From an uncultured delta proteobacterium (GTDB lineage Bacteria > Desulfobacterota > Binatia > UBA9968): a stretch of 64,000 nt of DNA. A model generated the notes under the pieces. That model made no database searches, was not told the origin of the DNA, and worked only from the letters and a program-made list of their open reading frames with translations. The DNA lies in contig CAWJZV010000045.1 in NCBI GenBank assembly GCA_963847445.1, positions 32,001 to 96,000 of the forward strand, written 5' to 3'. Below are positions 30,201 through 41,036 of this stretch, piece after piece (the first letter of the stretch is position 1; every line of letters begins with the position of its first letter). The position numbers and the translations under genes are program-made.

Positions 30201-33200
30201 TTACGAGCGCCAGCGCCGTTTCCATCCGAAGCCGCTTTGCCAACGCCGTCCCGACGGTGCTGGAGCGCTGACATTGTCACTGGAGCGAATCGCATTGACC
30301 ATGTCGTCAAGTTTGAGCAGTTTTTCCCGCTGGGCCTCGGTCAAGTTGGGATCGCCCATGACGAATGCGTTGTCGGCCGGTATGGCTGACTGTTCTTCCT
30401 CGGCTAACTGCTGGCGCAAGGCGTCGAGCTGCTGGCGATGTTCTTGTTCGATTCCGGCGATGATCGCTTGGCGCTCTTCCAGGGCCCACTCCTTTTGACT
30501 GAGTTCGGCCTGCAGCAGCGCTAACTGCGCCTGAAACCCGGTGCGCATACTCTCGGCTTCGCCGCTGGCGTTACTTTGGGCGTGGACAGCGTGGGACTCT
30601 AATTGACTGAAGCGCTCGGCCAAACTGTCCAGGTCGTTTTTCACCCGCACCAACTCATCGTTGCGGCTTTGCAGGATCTGATTGCGTTCTTGGGCTTCGC
30701 CGATCAGCCGATCGATCTCGCTGCGTAGAGCTTGCTCGCTGTCGGAATTAGCGCCGGCGCGGTCCTGAAGCTCGGCGGAACGCTCGACCAGTTCGCGTTT
30801 GAGCGTATCGACACGCGCTGCATATTCTTGGCGCAGCTGTTCGGTGCGGCTGTTGGCGCTGACTTCGGTCTGCTGCAATGTGCTTTGCAGCTCTTCAATC
30901 CGGCTGTGCAATAGGGTGAGCTGCGCTTGCGCTTGGTCAACTTCCCGTCGATGCTCTTCGCTCGCTCTATGCTGCTCGCTTAGATTCGCTTCAAGTTGTT
31001 CCACCTGGCTGCGATGGCGCGCTGCAAGATCATCCATGGCCGCCTGTTGGTGCGCCACCGCGGAAGATCCTTGGTGCAGTTCGTTGCGCAGGGCGGCGAG
31101 CTCGCTCTCCAGACCGCTCTTAGCCTGGCTGATCTCACGCGCTTCGCTTTCGGTGCGCGCGCTAACCGATTCCAACTGCACGAGGCGATTCTGTACCGAG
31201 GTCATTTCCGCGCGCACGCGGTTGAGCTCGTCCTCCCGGCTCTGCAACGCCGAAGTGCGCGACTGTATTTCGCTGTGCAGGCGGCTGAGTTCGCCACGCA
31301 ACGACGCTTCGACATTGGCTCGGACCGCGTCGCTGTTGGCCATCTCCGCCGACTTTATTGCCAGCAGCGAGTTGACGGTTTCCAACCGGGCGGCGTATTC
31401 CTGACGAATCTGCTCGGCCTGGCTGGCGCCGGCGGCCTGGGCTTGCTGCAGCGCGCCGCGCAGTTCTTCGACCTGCCGCTGCAAGCCATTGGCGCGAGTG
31501 AGCGCTTGTTCTAGTTCCCGCGATTGCTGTTCGATGACCGGTTGTTGCTCGCTCAGCCGCGCTTCCTGTTTGCGCATCTGCTCGCGGTGGATCTGCGCCA
31601 GGTTCTCGACACTGGCCTGGTGCTGTGCCAGCGACCAGGCTTTTTGTTGCAACTCGTTGCGCAGGGCGCTGAGTTCGCTTTCCAAGGCGTCGCGGCCCTG
31701 GGCAAGTTCGCGGGCGGCATCGGCCTTGGTCTGGTTGTGGAGCGCGTCAAGGTTTTCAAGTTCGCTGCGCAGCTGTGCGCGCTCGGCTGCGACCACGGCC
31801 ATGGCGGTTTGGCTGCTTTTTAGCAGCGCCTCGAGTTCAGCAACGCAGTCTCTCGATTCCTGCAGCTCGCCACGCAAACCGGCGTTGGCGCCGTGTGCCT
31901 GATCGAGCTCGACTTTCAGCGCGGTCTGACTGGACAATAGCTCGTCGCGCGCCGTAGTTAGCTGAGCGATTTCGGTGCTGTGTTGCGCCTGGGAATCTTG
32001 CCAAAGGCCGAGGGCCTGCGCATGATTCGCGGCTTTTTCGCTGAGCTGCTCGTTGAGCTGGGTGACGGAGGTTCTTAAGTGATCGAGTTCAATTGCGTGT
32101 GTTTCGGCCAGCAGCTGTTTCTCGGCTAATTGTGATTGCAGTTCATCGATCCGGTTGGACAGGTGCTCGGTCTGGCCGGTGGCGCTGGCGCGCAGGCTGG
32201 CTAATTCCTGGTCTTTTTGTGTGAGCTGAGCTTCAAAACGCTCGCGCGTGGTCGTGAGTTCGGTTTGGAACCGCGTCAGCTCGTCATTGGCGGTTGCCTT
32301 GGCGCTGCGTTCTTGCTCCAGCTGCTGGTGCAGGGCGGCGATCTCCACGCCCAGGCGCGCTTCCAGATTGGCGACGGTAGTTTCGCGCTCGGCCACTTGG
32401 TGCTGCAAGTCATTAACTTGCTGCGACAGTTGCTCGCTTTGTTCAGTGGCGCTGGCGCGCAGGCTGCCGAGTTCATCGTCTTTATGGCTGAGCTGGGCTT
32501 CAAGTTGCTCGCGGCTGGCGGCGAGTTCGCTGCGCGCTTTAAGTAGTTCGTCATGAGTTCCCGCGGCGCTGCTGCGTTCTTGCTCCAGCTGCTGGTGCAG
32601 GGCGGCGATCTCCACGCCCAAGCGCGCTTCGAGGTTGGCGACGGTAGTCTCGCGCTCGGCCAGTTGGCGCTGCAAGTCATTAACTTGCTGCGACAGTTGC
32701 TCGCTTTGTTGAGTGGCGCTGGCGCGCAGGCTGCCGAGTTCATCGTCTTTATGGCTGAGCTGGGCTTCAAGTTGCTCGCGGCTGGCGGCGAGTTCGTTGC
32801 GCGCCTGGAGTAACTCGTCATGGGTTCGCGCGGCGGCTGTGCGTTCTTGCTCCAGCTGCTGGTGCAGGGCGGCGATCTCCACGCCCAAGCGTGTCTTCCA
32901 GGTTGGCGACGGTAGTCTCGCGCTCAGCCAGTTGGCGCTGCAAGTCATTAACTTGGTTGGACAGTTGCTCGCTTTGTTCAGTGGCGCTGGCGCGCAGGCT
33001 GCCGAGTTCATCGTCTTTATGGCTGAGCTGGGCTTCAAGTTGCTCGCGGCTGGCGGCGAGTTCGCTGCGCGCCTGGAGTAACTCGTCATGGGTTCGCGCG
33101 GCGCTGCTGCGTTCTTGCTCCAGCTGCTGGTGCAGGGTGGCGATCTCCGCGCCAAAACCTGCTTCGAGTTCGCCGATGGCGCGCTCGCGTTGGGCCAGCA

Positions 33201-34527
33201 AGTATTCCTTCTGTCCGAGGGCGGTGCGCAGGCGATTAAGATCGCTTTCCAGTTGCTGACGGGCGGCGTCTATCGAACTGGTGTCGGCTTGGGAGCGTTC
33301 AAGTTCAGCAATGCGGCTTTGTAAGGCGGCGCTCTCGGCGGCGTGGTTTTGTAGCTCGACTTCCTGGGCGTTCGAGGCTTCGTGCGCGCGTGCGAGTTCC
33401 TGCTGCAAAGCCTGGATCCGGCCGTGCAAGGCGAGCTCGACGGCAGTCACCGCTTCGTAGCGCTGGGTCAGTTCCTTTTCCTTGACCTCGACTTCATGCT
33501 GGAGGTTCGCTACTTCTTCGGCCAACGAGCGCCGCAGCGTATCGATTTTCGCGGTGGCGTCTGTCGCCTGGCGATGGGCCAACTCAAGGTCGGCAACTCT
33601 TTGTTGGAGCGCGGCGATCTGCGCGCCGGCGGCGCGCAATTCTTTGTCGCGCAGTCCGAGAGCTGCTTGTCGTTGCTCCAGGTCGTTGCGCAGGGTGTCG
33701 ATCTCGCTTCTTAGGCCCCGCTCGATTTCAAGTAGCGCGATCTGGTTCTGCAGCACCGAGCGATCGCGTTCGGCGAGGGCGCTGCGCAGGCTCGCCAATT
33801 CACTTTCAAAACGGCCGCGCGTCTGTTCGAGCTCACGCGCCGCGCTCGATTGAAGTTCATCTTGGATTGCCTGGAGCGAGCCCAGGTGCTGGTGCAACGC
33901 CGCGATCTCTTGCTGCGCTTTGCCCAGCTTATCGTCGGCGCTAAAGGCGTAGGCTTGTTTGTCGGCGACTTGGTTTTGCAGCAATTGCAGTTGCTCGCGC
34001 AAGCCGCTTTCGAGTTCCCGCGCGGCGAGCTGCTGGTGGTGCAACTCGCGCCGGTTTGTCTCGAGCTCCTGATTGAGTGCGGCGACGTCGGCGGCAAGGC
34101 TTTCGCGGATCGCGTTGGACGCGCGAGCGGCGCTCACGGCAGCGCTGTTGTCGGCTTCCAGTTGGGCGATACGGCCTTGCAGCGCGGTGATTTCGCTAGT
34201 GGAATGTTGGAATGTGACTTCCTGGCTGGAAAGAATTTGTTGTTTTGCGCTGAGCTCGCGTTGCAGCTGGCCGATGGTTTCGCTCAGATTGCGCTCGACG
34301 GCGATGACTGGGCGTTGTTGCAGTTGCCGCTCTTTGTCGGCGAGATCGGCGCGCAGGGTCGCCAATTGGGACTCATACTGCTCGTGAATTCGCGCATTTT
34401 CATTGACCGCCGTCGCCTGCGCTTGTTTGAGGTAGAGCTCCATCAGACGCGTCTGCGCCAACAGGATGTCGATCTCGTTGAGCAGGAGAATCGCCGGATC
34501 GTTTTTTTGATATTTAGGTGCGTCCAT
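30201..34527 (-). CDS. Giant repeat-built coiled-coil protein (~1440 aa; one frameshift at ~32895)
   Basis: ORFs 32818-34527 and 30201-33155 join through a tandem repeat. Near-continuous heptads, no TM or signal peptide seen, and a basic/aromatic tail SGRRWQSGFGWKRRWRS. Confidence 0.85.
32190..33170. repeat. Intragenic tandem repeat, 267 bp (89 aa); three near-identical copies plus one diverged
   Basis: GCGTTCTTGCTCCAGCTG recurs at 32307, 32574, 32841 and 33109 (spacing 267, 267, 268). Confidence 0.92.
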
Positions 34528-34615
34528 TTAGTTTAATACTGCTCGCTGCCACCTTAATCTCTTCCGCAAAATCAAATTGATAGATTGTTGGGCGGGCGCT
34601 TCGAGCACCAATCGT

Positions 34616-34631
34616 AGCCAAAAACATGCCA
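34616..34631 (-). promoter_or_regulatory. Putative sigma54 (-24/-12) promoter of the coiled-coil/KaiC-like operon
   Basis: Minus strand TGGCATGTTTTTGGCT matches TGGCAYG-N4-TTGCW with exact GG-N10-GC spacing, ~90 bp upstream of the ATG. Confidence 0.6.
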
Positions 34632-34656
34632 CCGATGGAAACCTGCGTCGTTTGAA

Positions 34657-34669
34657 AATCAGCTACTTA
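34657..34669. promoter_or_regulatory. Putative IHF site
   Basis: AATCAGCTACTTA fits WATCAR-N4-TTR and lies between the sigma54 box and the upstream repeats. Confidence 0.5.
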
Positions 34670-34720
34670 CAATTGGCATAATGAGCAATTCAGCAAAGAA
34701 TTCTGCAACCGCGAGGATTT

Positions 34721-34750
34721 CTGGACAATTTCAGGTATTGCTGGACAAAA
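34721..34750. promoter_or_regulatory. Putative upstream activator sites
   Basis: CTGGACAA direct repeat at 34721 and 34741 (20 bp apart), 100-130 bp upstream of the sigma54 box. Confidence 0.4.
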
Positions 34751-34884
34751 TTGTTTTTATCGGAGGCCGCACGACTTCTATTTCTGTTCGGATGACGCTC
34801 AAGGCAAACCAAGGTAACCATTGGACTGTCTAGCCCCATGGGGCAATTTGAAATCACTCCTGAGTGTGGTTAGAATCGCGCGCC

Positions 34885-35940
34885 ATGGCCAACTATTTCC
34901 GCGCCAACATCGAGGCGATGTCGGGCTACGTTCCCGGCGAACAACCGAGCGACGATGGCATAATCAAACTCAACACCAACGAGAATCCCTATCCGCCATC
35001 GCCCAAAGTATACGCTGCATTGCGCAAGGCGATCGATGCTTCGCTGCGTCTCTATCCGCAGCCGCTGAGCGATACGCTGTGCAACGCGGCGGCCGCCGCC
35101 TATGGGGTCAAAAAAGAAAATATCATGGCTGGCAACGGCTCGGACGAGCTCTTGTCGGTGCTGCTGCGCTGTTTTGTCGGCCCCAGCGACCGGGTCGCTT
35201 ATCCAGTTCCAACCTACTCGCTCTACGATACGCTGGTCGAGATCCAGGCGGGAGTCGCGGCGCGGGTGCCGTTCCCGGAAGATTTTTCTGTGCCAGAAGC
35301 GCTGGCGCGGCAAGACGCGCCGCTGACTTTGCTGTGCAATCCCAATGCGCCGTCCGGGACGCTGGTGTCGCTGCCGGAGATCGTCAAACTCGCCGGCGCG
35401 GTTGCCGGCATCCTCGTGGTCGATGAGGCCTACGTCGATTTTGCCGCCAGCGAAGGAGCGTCGGCGATTCCGCTAGTCGGGCGCTTAGAGAATCTGATTG
35501 TCCTGAGGACGCTGTCCAAGTCGTTTTCGCTGGCCGGCATGCGCATCGGTCTCGCCTTCGCGTCGGCGGAAATTATCGCCGGCATGAACAAGGTGCGCGA
35601 TTCTTACAACCTCGATCGTTTGAGCATCGTCGCCGGCACCGCGGCACTCGCAGACCTGGCCTGGATGAAGCGCAATGCCGCGCGCATTCAGCGCAGCCGC
35701 CAACGGCTCGCGGGCGGGCTCAAGCGCCTGGGCTATCAGGTCTATCCGTCCCACGCTAATTTCATCCTGGCGCGCCAGCGCGGCAAAAATTTGCAACCGG
35801 TTTACGAAGAGCTCAAGCGGCGAAAAATTTTGCTGCGCTATTTCGACGTGTCCGGTTTGCGCGACTGCTTGCGCATCACCGTGGGCACGCCGAAGGAAGT
35901 GCGGGCGTTGTTAAACGAGCTGGCAGCGATCACAGCTTAG
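34885..35940 (+). CDS. hisC: Histidinol-phosphate aminotransferase
   Basis: YVPGEQP, KLNTNENPYPPSP, GNGSDE, NPNAP, DEAYVDF, RTLSKSFSLAGMRIG, LRITVG. Confidence 0.93.
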   Translation: MANYFRANIEAMSGYVPGEQPSDDGIIKLNTNENPYPPSPKVYAALRKAIDASLRLYPQPLSDTLCNAAAAAYGVKKENIMAGNGSDELLSVLLRCFVGPSDRVAYPVPTYSLYDTLVEIQAGVAARVPFPEDFSVPEALARQDAPLTLLCNPNAPSGTLVSLPEIVKLAGAVAGILVVDEAYVDFAASEGASAIPLVGRLENLIVLRTLSKSFSLAGMRIGLAFASAEIIAGMNKVRDSYNLDRLSIVAGTAALADLAWMKRNAARIQRSRQRLAGGLKRLGYQVYPSHANFILARQRGKNLQPVYEELKRRKILLRYFDVSGLRDCLRITVGTPKEVRALLNELAAITA

Positions 35941-36005
35941 CCCGGATGCTCCTTAGAAAATAAATGTAAGGGGATGATATGCACAACAAAGAACCTGCGG
36001 GGCTC

Positions 36006-36117
36006 CGTCATACCCGCGAAAGCGGGTATCCAGACCCATCATCCACCTGGATACCGTTTTTCAACGGTATGACGGACTCTGTCCGTCACCTGGATTCCCG
36101 CGTGCGCGGGAATGACG
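36006..36117. repeat. CGTCATWCCCGCG...GGAATGACG palindromic repeat cluster (family also at 53176-53227)
   Basis: CGTCATACCCGCGAAAGCGGGTATCCAG ... CTGGATTCCCGCGTGCGCGGGAATGACG. Confidence 0.7.
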
Positions 36118-36279
36118 AATTGAGGGGCATCCTGTTCTGGGAATGCCAACCGTTTTCATGCTCTGTAGGCGAGCGTAAGCTCATGAAGCACTTCGTTGGA
36201 ATTGGCTGACGCCGCCAGGGCAAGCCCTCCAGATTCCCGGGTGAGTGATAATATTGGCTCTATCGAAAGGAGTTACGCC

Positions 36280-36694
36280 ATGGGCAGCTTCAAGATTACC
36301 GCGCTCGATCATATCGTGCTTAATGTCGGCGACATCGATAGGGCGCTAAAATTCTACACTGAGGTGTTGGGTTTGGAAGGCGAACGGGTCGAACTATTTC
36401 GAGTCGAAAAAAGTCGGTTTTCCATCGGTGCGCATCAACGACGCCACGATCATCGATCTTTTCCCACGCAAGCCGGTTGACAGTCGATCGGTTACGGAAA
36501 AAGTCGACGGCAACCTCAATCATGTTTGTTTAGTCGTCGATGCTGGCGATTTTGTCGGCGTCATCGAAGAGCTTAAGAAAAACCAGATCGCCATTCGCGA
36601 AGGTCCGGTGTCGCGCTGGGGCGCGCGCGGCCAGGCGACTTCGGTGTATTTTCTCGATCCCGATGGTAATGAGATCGAGATTCGCTGCTACTGA
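36280..36694 (+). CDS. VOC/glyoxalase family protein (frameshift near 36410)
   Basis: LDHIVLNVGDIDRALKFYTEVLG, NHVCL, SVYFLDPDGNEIEI. Confidence 0.82.
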
Positions 36695-36700
36695 AGAACC

Positions 36701-36767
36701 GGAGTGATGGAGTAATGGAGTAATGGAGTGTTGGCGGCCCAATACTCCAGTACTCCAACACTCCATT
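36701..36767. repeat. GGAGTRAT tandem/inverted repeat between convergent genes
   Basis: GGAGTGATGGAGTAATGGAGTAATGGAGTGTTGG ... CCAATACTCCAGTACTCCAACACTCCATT. Confidence 0.75.
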
Positions 36768-36778
36768 GCCCCATGTTT

Positions 36779-38092
36779 CTACGCCGCTATGCTTTTCTCG
36801 ACTTTGATTTTGACGATGCGCCGGCCTTCCATGTCGACGATGGTGAGTTTGTAGCCGAATTCATCGATCCATTCGCCGCCGCGCGGGATTCTTTTCAAGC
36901 GCGCCAGCAATAAGCCGGCGAGGGTGTGATAGTCCGGCGATTCTTCGAATGGCAGGTCGAAATCGATTTTGAGGTCCTTAAGCAGTGCCGAGCCGGCGAT
37001 CACCATCGACCCGTCCGGCAGGCGCTCCACGGGGCCGCGTTCTTCGCGGTCGTATTCGTCACGGATCTCGCCGACGATTTCCTCGATCAAGTCTTCCAGC
37101 GTGGCCAGCCCTTCGATTTCGCCGAATTCGTTGACTACCAGAGCCATGCCCAGGCGGCGCCGTTGTAGCTGTTTCAACAGTTCGCTGATCGGCAGGGTGC
37201 TGGGGACGAAGAACGCCGGATGCAAATGATCGCGCAGGTGAAAGTCGCTGTGCTCCTGCAAAGCTTTGAAGACATCTTTGTTGTAGAGAATGCCGATGAC
37301 TTTATCGAGATCGCCTTCGTAAACCGGCACGCGGGAAAAGCCGCTGTCGACAAAATTCTTCGCCACCTCGGCCAGTGGTGTGTGCACTTCGATGGCATGG
37401 ATCTCGGTGCGCGGTTTCATGACCGCTTTGACCGGCGTGTCGGTAAACTCAAATACGCTATGGATCAATTCCTTCTCGGTCTCGTTGAAGATGCCCCTGG
37501 CGGCGCCTTCGCGAATCAACGATTTGACTTCGTCGACGGAGATGAAACTGACGCTGCCGGCATCCTTGCCGCCAAAAAGTTTGAGCACCAGATTGCTCGA
37601 CGCGGTCAGGAACCTGACGAAGATCGCGCTGACCCGCGCCAGCAATTCAATGGGCGGGGCAACGAAGCAGGCGATGGGTTCGGAAAACCGCAAAGCTAAA
37701 GATTTTGGCACGAGCTCGCCGAGAACCAGCGAAAAATAAGCGATCGGCAAGACGACGATGGTCAGCGCGATGGCATCGGCCCAGCGGGTAGCCAGAGCGA
37801 ACGGCAACGCTTCGATCTCCGGTTTGAGATAGCCGATGGCGGCGGCGCCGCCGAGGGCGGAGGCGAAGGAGCTGACCACGGTGACGCCGATCTGTACGGT
37901 GGCGAGGAAGCGGTCGGGGTCGGCCTTCAGCCGGGCCACCGCAGCGGCGGCCTTAATCCCCTTGTCGACCAGGGCTTCGATGCGGCTTTTGCGCATGGCG
38001 ATCATGGCGATCTCGGAAGCGGCAAAGAAGCCGTTGGCGAAAATCAACGCGAGGATCAAAATCGCTTGAAACCAAAAATTATCGAGAGTCAT
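36779..38092 (-). CDS. Hemolysin-family/CNNM protein (DUF21-CBS-CorC)
   Basis: NGFFAASEIAM, FLATVQIGVT, GELVPKSLA, MKPRTEI, FSRVPVY, TLEDLIEEIVGEI. Confidence 0.9.
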   Translation of the reverse strand: MTLDNFWFQAILILALIFANGFFAASEIAMIAMRKSRIEALVDKGIKAAAAVARLKADPDRFLATVQIGVTVVSSFASALGGAAAIGYLKPEIEALPFALATRWADAIALTIVVLPIAYFSLVLGELVPKSLALRFSEPIACFVAPPIELLARVSAIFVRFLTASSNLVLKLFGGKDAGSVSFISVDEVKSLIREGAARGIFNETEKELIHSVFEFTDTPVKAVMKPRTEIHAIEVHTPLAEVAKNFVDSGFSRVPVYEGDLDKVIGILYNKDVFKALQEHSDFHLRDHLHPAFFVPSTLPISELLKQLQRRRLGMALVVNEFGEIEGLATLEDLIEEIVGEIRDEYDREERGPVERLPDGSMVIAGSALLKDLKIDFDLPFEESPDYHTLAGLLLARLKRIPRGGEWIDEFGYKLTIVDMEGRRIVKIKVEKSIAA

Positions 38093-38551
38093 CGGTGCCG
38101 TCTCCTCTGGGATTTGGGCTTCGATGCAGCGAGCGAAGCGCAAAACAGCGTGGTGGTGCTAACAAATCGACCGGTCTTGTCGGGGCCGCGGGCGTGGGCT
38201 GCGACTGGGCATGGGGGTTGGTAGGAATTCTAGCCGCCCACCGGGAAAAGGCAAGGGCTGCGATTTACGCTTTGAGCGCTTTGAAGTAGGATCGCCCTAG
38301 CCTGGATCATTCGTAGTGAAGCAGCGATCGAGGCAAAACCCTTCCGGAGCGAAGGCAATGCGGCTCTGCCTTGACGACGCAAGCGAGACGATCTGCTGTG
38401 AAATCACCTATAAAAAGGTCAAACCTCGCAGCCGAGCATGACGATGAAACATTTGGCGCTGATGCCTTCGCTCCTCCAGGGTGCCACCTCGATCGACACT
38501 CTGGCGTTCGCTTTCCTGGTAGCATGAATAAGCCAGGCTAGGGAGTATTTC

Positions 38552-40810
38552 TTGGCGGATAAACAGAACGAACTCACTTCCATCCAGGGCACCATCAGCC
38601 GGATCACCTATCAGCATCCGGAGAGCCACTACACGGTAGCGCGCCTGGACGAAGATGGCGGACCGGCCGCCACGGTGGTCGGCGTGCTGTTTCCGGTTTC
38701 GGAAGGCGAGGAGATCAAAGTCACCGGCGTGTGGAAGCGCCATGCCCGTTACGGCCTGCAATTCCAGGTCGACCATTGGACCAAGGTCGATCCGGCGACC
38801 CTCGAGGGTATCGAAAAGTATCTCGGCTCGGGCATGATCAAAGGCATCGGGCCGACCTACGCCAAGCGGTTGGTCGGCGCCTTCGGTTTGGAGACCCTGC
38901 GGGTGTTATCCGAAGAACCGCTGCGGGTTCTCGATGTCGACGGTATCGGCGAGGTGCGCGCGCGCCGCATCATGGAAGCCTGGCAGGCCCAGCGCGGCAT
39001 GCAGGATGTCATGGTATTTCTTCAGGGCCACGGCGTCGGCGCTTCGCTGGCGCTGCGCATTTATCGAGTGTTTGGCGCCGACACGGTCGCTCAGGTGCGA
39101 GAAAATCCCTATGCGCTCGCGCAGCAGGTGCATGGCATCGGCTTTCTGCTCGCCGACCGGCTCGCCGGCCATATCGGCATCCGCGGCGATTTTCCGCTGC
39201 GGGTGCAAGCCGGTGTGCTGCATGTATTGCGCGAATCGTCGGAGCGCGGCCACTGCTACTTGCCGTTAACCGCGCTGGCAAAAAGCGCTTGCCAACTGCT
39301 CGAAGTCGACGACGAGCGCATCGATATCGCGGTGGAGAAACTCGCTGAGCGCGGCGAGGTCATTTTGCAGAGCGAGCGCGATCCGCACCTCACCCGCGTT
39401 TATCTGGTTAATTTGTTCGAGGCCGAGCAACGAGTCGCCCAAGCGCTTGCCCGGCTCTTGACCACTCCGTCGTTTCTCCAAGGCGACCGGCGGCCGCGGC
39501 CGTGGGAGAAAGACCAGGGCGTCAGCCGCGGCGCCATCGATCTGTTGAGCGGTGCGCTGTTCGCCGACCTGCCGATCAACCTCGATGAAGATCAGGTCAG
39601 CGCGGCGCGGCGGGCATTACGGGAAAAGGTTTTTGTCATCACCGGCGGGCCAGGGACGGGTAAAACCACCTTGCTGATGTCGCTGCTGGCGATCCTGCGG
39701 CGCGCCAAGGTTACTTTCGCTCTCGCCGCGCCGACTGGGCGGGCGGCCAAACGGATGACCGAGAGTACCGGCGAAGATGCCACTACACTGCACCGCCTGC
39801 TCGAATACAATCCGCGCGAAGGCGGCTTTCAACGCAACGCCGATAAGCCGCTGCAAGTCGATGTCATCATCGTCGACGAGGCGTCGATGGTCGACATTGC
39901 ACTGATGGATCATTTGTTGGCCGCCATCGAGCCGCACACGCATTTAATTCTGGTCGGCGATGTCGACCAGTTGCCGTCGGTGGGACCGGGCAGCGTGCTC
40001 AAGGATTTGATCGATTCACAGTCGGTTCCGGTGGCGACCCTGCGGCGCATTTTTCGCCAGGTGCAACAGAGCTTGATCGTGGTCAATGCCCACCGGATAC
40101 TCCAAGGACAGAACTTGGAATTTTCCGATGCGCGCGAGCGGCGCGACTTCGATTTCATCGCCCGCGAGAGCGAGGAAGAGATTCTTGAAACGATCAAAGA
40201 GCTGTTGCGCGAGCGCATCCCGCAATGGCTCGGCGCGCCGCCGGAACAGATCGTCCAGTCGGTCCAGCTCCTGACGCCGATGCACCGCGGCTTGCTCGGC
40301 ACGATTCAACTCAACCGGGATTTGCAATCGCTGTTCAATCCAACCGGCCAAGCGATCGAGCGGGCGGGTATGACTTTACGAGTGCGCGACAAGGTCATGC
40401 AGCTGCGCAACAACTACGACAAAGGGGTGTTCAACGGCGATCTCGGACGAATCGTCTCCATCGACCGCGAGGATGGCAAGATTCGCGTCGATTATGACGA
40501 ACGAGTCGTCGAGTACGAGTCTGACGAGTGGGATGAGATCAGTCTGGCCTACGCGACCTCGATCCATAAAAGCCAGGGCAGCGAATATCCCGTGGTGGTC
40601 TTACCGCTGCACACTTCGCACTACATCATGCTCTACCGCAGCATCCTTTACACCGCGGTGACGCGCGGCAAAAAGCTCGTCATCGTCGTCGGCAGCCGCA
40701 AAGCGCTCGGCATGGCGATCCGCAACGTCAGAGTGGAGATTCGCAACACCGGGCTTAAAGAAAGGCTGATCGGCGCCTTGGCAACGCACGAAAGTGCGAC
40801 GCTCTTCTAA
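38552..40810 (+). CDS. recD2: ATP-dependent RecD2-like helicase (RecD/TraA family)
   Basis: YLGSGMIKGIGP, HhH repeats, GGPGTGKT, APTGRAAKR, DEASM, GDVDQLPSVG, NGD, HKSQGSEY, YTAVTR. Confidence 0.92.
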   Translation: MADKQNELTSIQGTISRITYQHPESHYTVARLDEDGGPAATVVGVLFPVSEGEEIKVTGVWKRHARYGLQFQVDHWTKVDPATLEGIEKYLGSGMIKGIGPTYAKRLVGAFGLETLRVLSEEPLRVLDVDGIGEVRARRIMEAWQAQRGMQDVMVFLQGHGVGASLALRIYRVFGADTVAQVRENPYALAQQVHGIGFLLADRLAGHIGIRGDFPLRVQAGVLHVLRESSERGHCYLPLTALAKSACQLLEVDDERIDIAVEKLAERGEVILQSERDPHLTRVYLVNLFEAEQRVAQALARLLTTPSFLQGDRRPRPWEKDQGVSRGAIDLLSGALFADLPINLDEDQVSAARRALREKVFVITGGPGTGKTTLLMSLLAILRRAKVTFALAAPTGRAAKRMTESTGEDATTLHRLLEYNPREGGFQRNADKPLQVDVIIVDEASMVDIALMDHLLAAIEPHTHLILVGDVDQLPSVGPGSVLKDLIDSQSVPVATLRRIFRQVQQSLIVVNAHRILQGQNLEFSDARERRDFDFIARESEEEILETIKELLRERIPQWLGAPPEQIVQSVQLLTPMHRGLLGTIQLNRDLQSLFNPTGQAIERAGMTLRVRDKVMQLRNNYDKGVFNGDLGRIVSIDREDGKIRVDYDERVVEYESDEWDEISLAYATSIHKSQGSEYPVVVLPLHTSHYIMLYRSILYTAVTRGKKLVIVVGSRKALGMAIRNVRVEIRNTGLKERLIGALATHESATLF

Positions 40811-40934
40811 GTCCGGATGCTGCGTTTAGCAATGAACGGCACGGCAAGGGGCAAGCCCTCCGCAATGAAGCCAATGGGCCTCTGCCTCTGAGCGCTCCTT
40901 GGACTATGGCGCGTTCGGCTAGCACGGGAGTCCT

Positions 40935-41030
40935 GTAGGATGGGTGGAGTCCGCGATACCCATCGCTCTTGTTCGCCACGAAGGCCGCAAGTCGGACATG
41001 ATGGGTATCGCTTCGCTCCACCCATCCTAC
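40935..41030. repeat. GTAG-type REP doublet (REPIN-like)
   Basis: GTAGGATGGGTGGAG...TACCCATC and inverted GATGGGTATC...CTCCACCCATCCTAC. Confidence 0.75.
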
Positions 41031-41036
41031 GGAATA

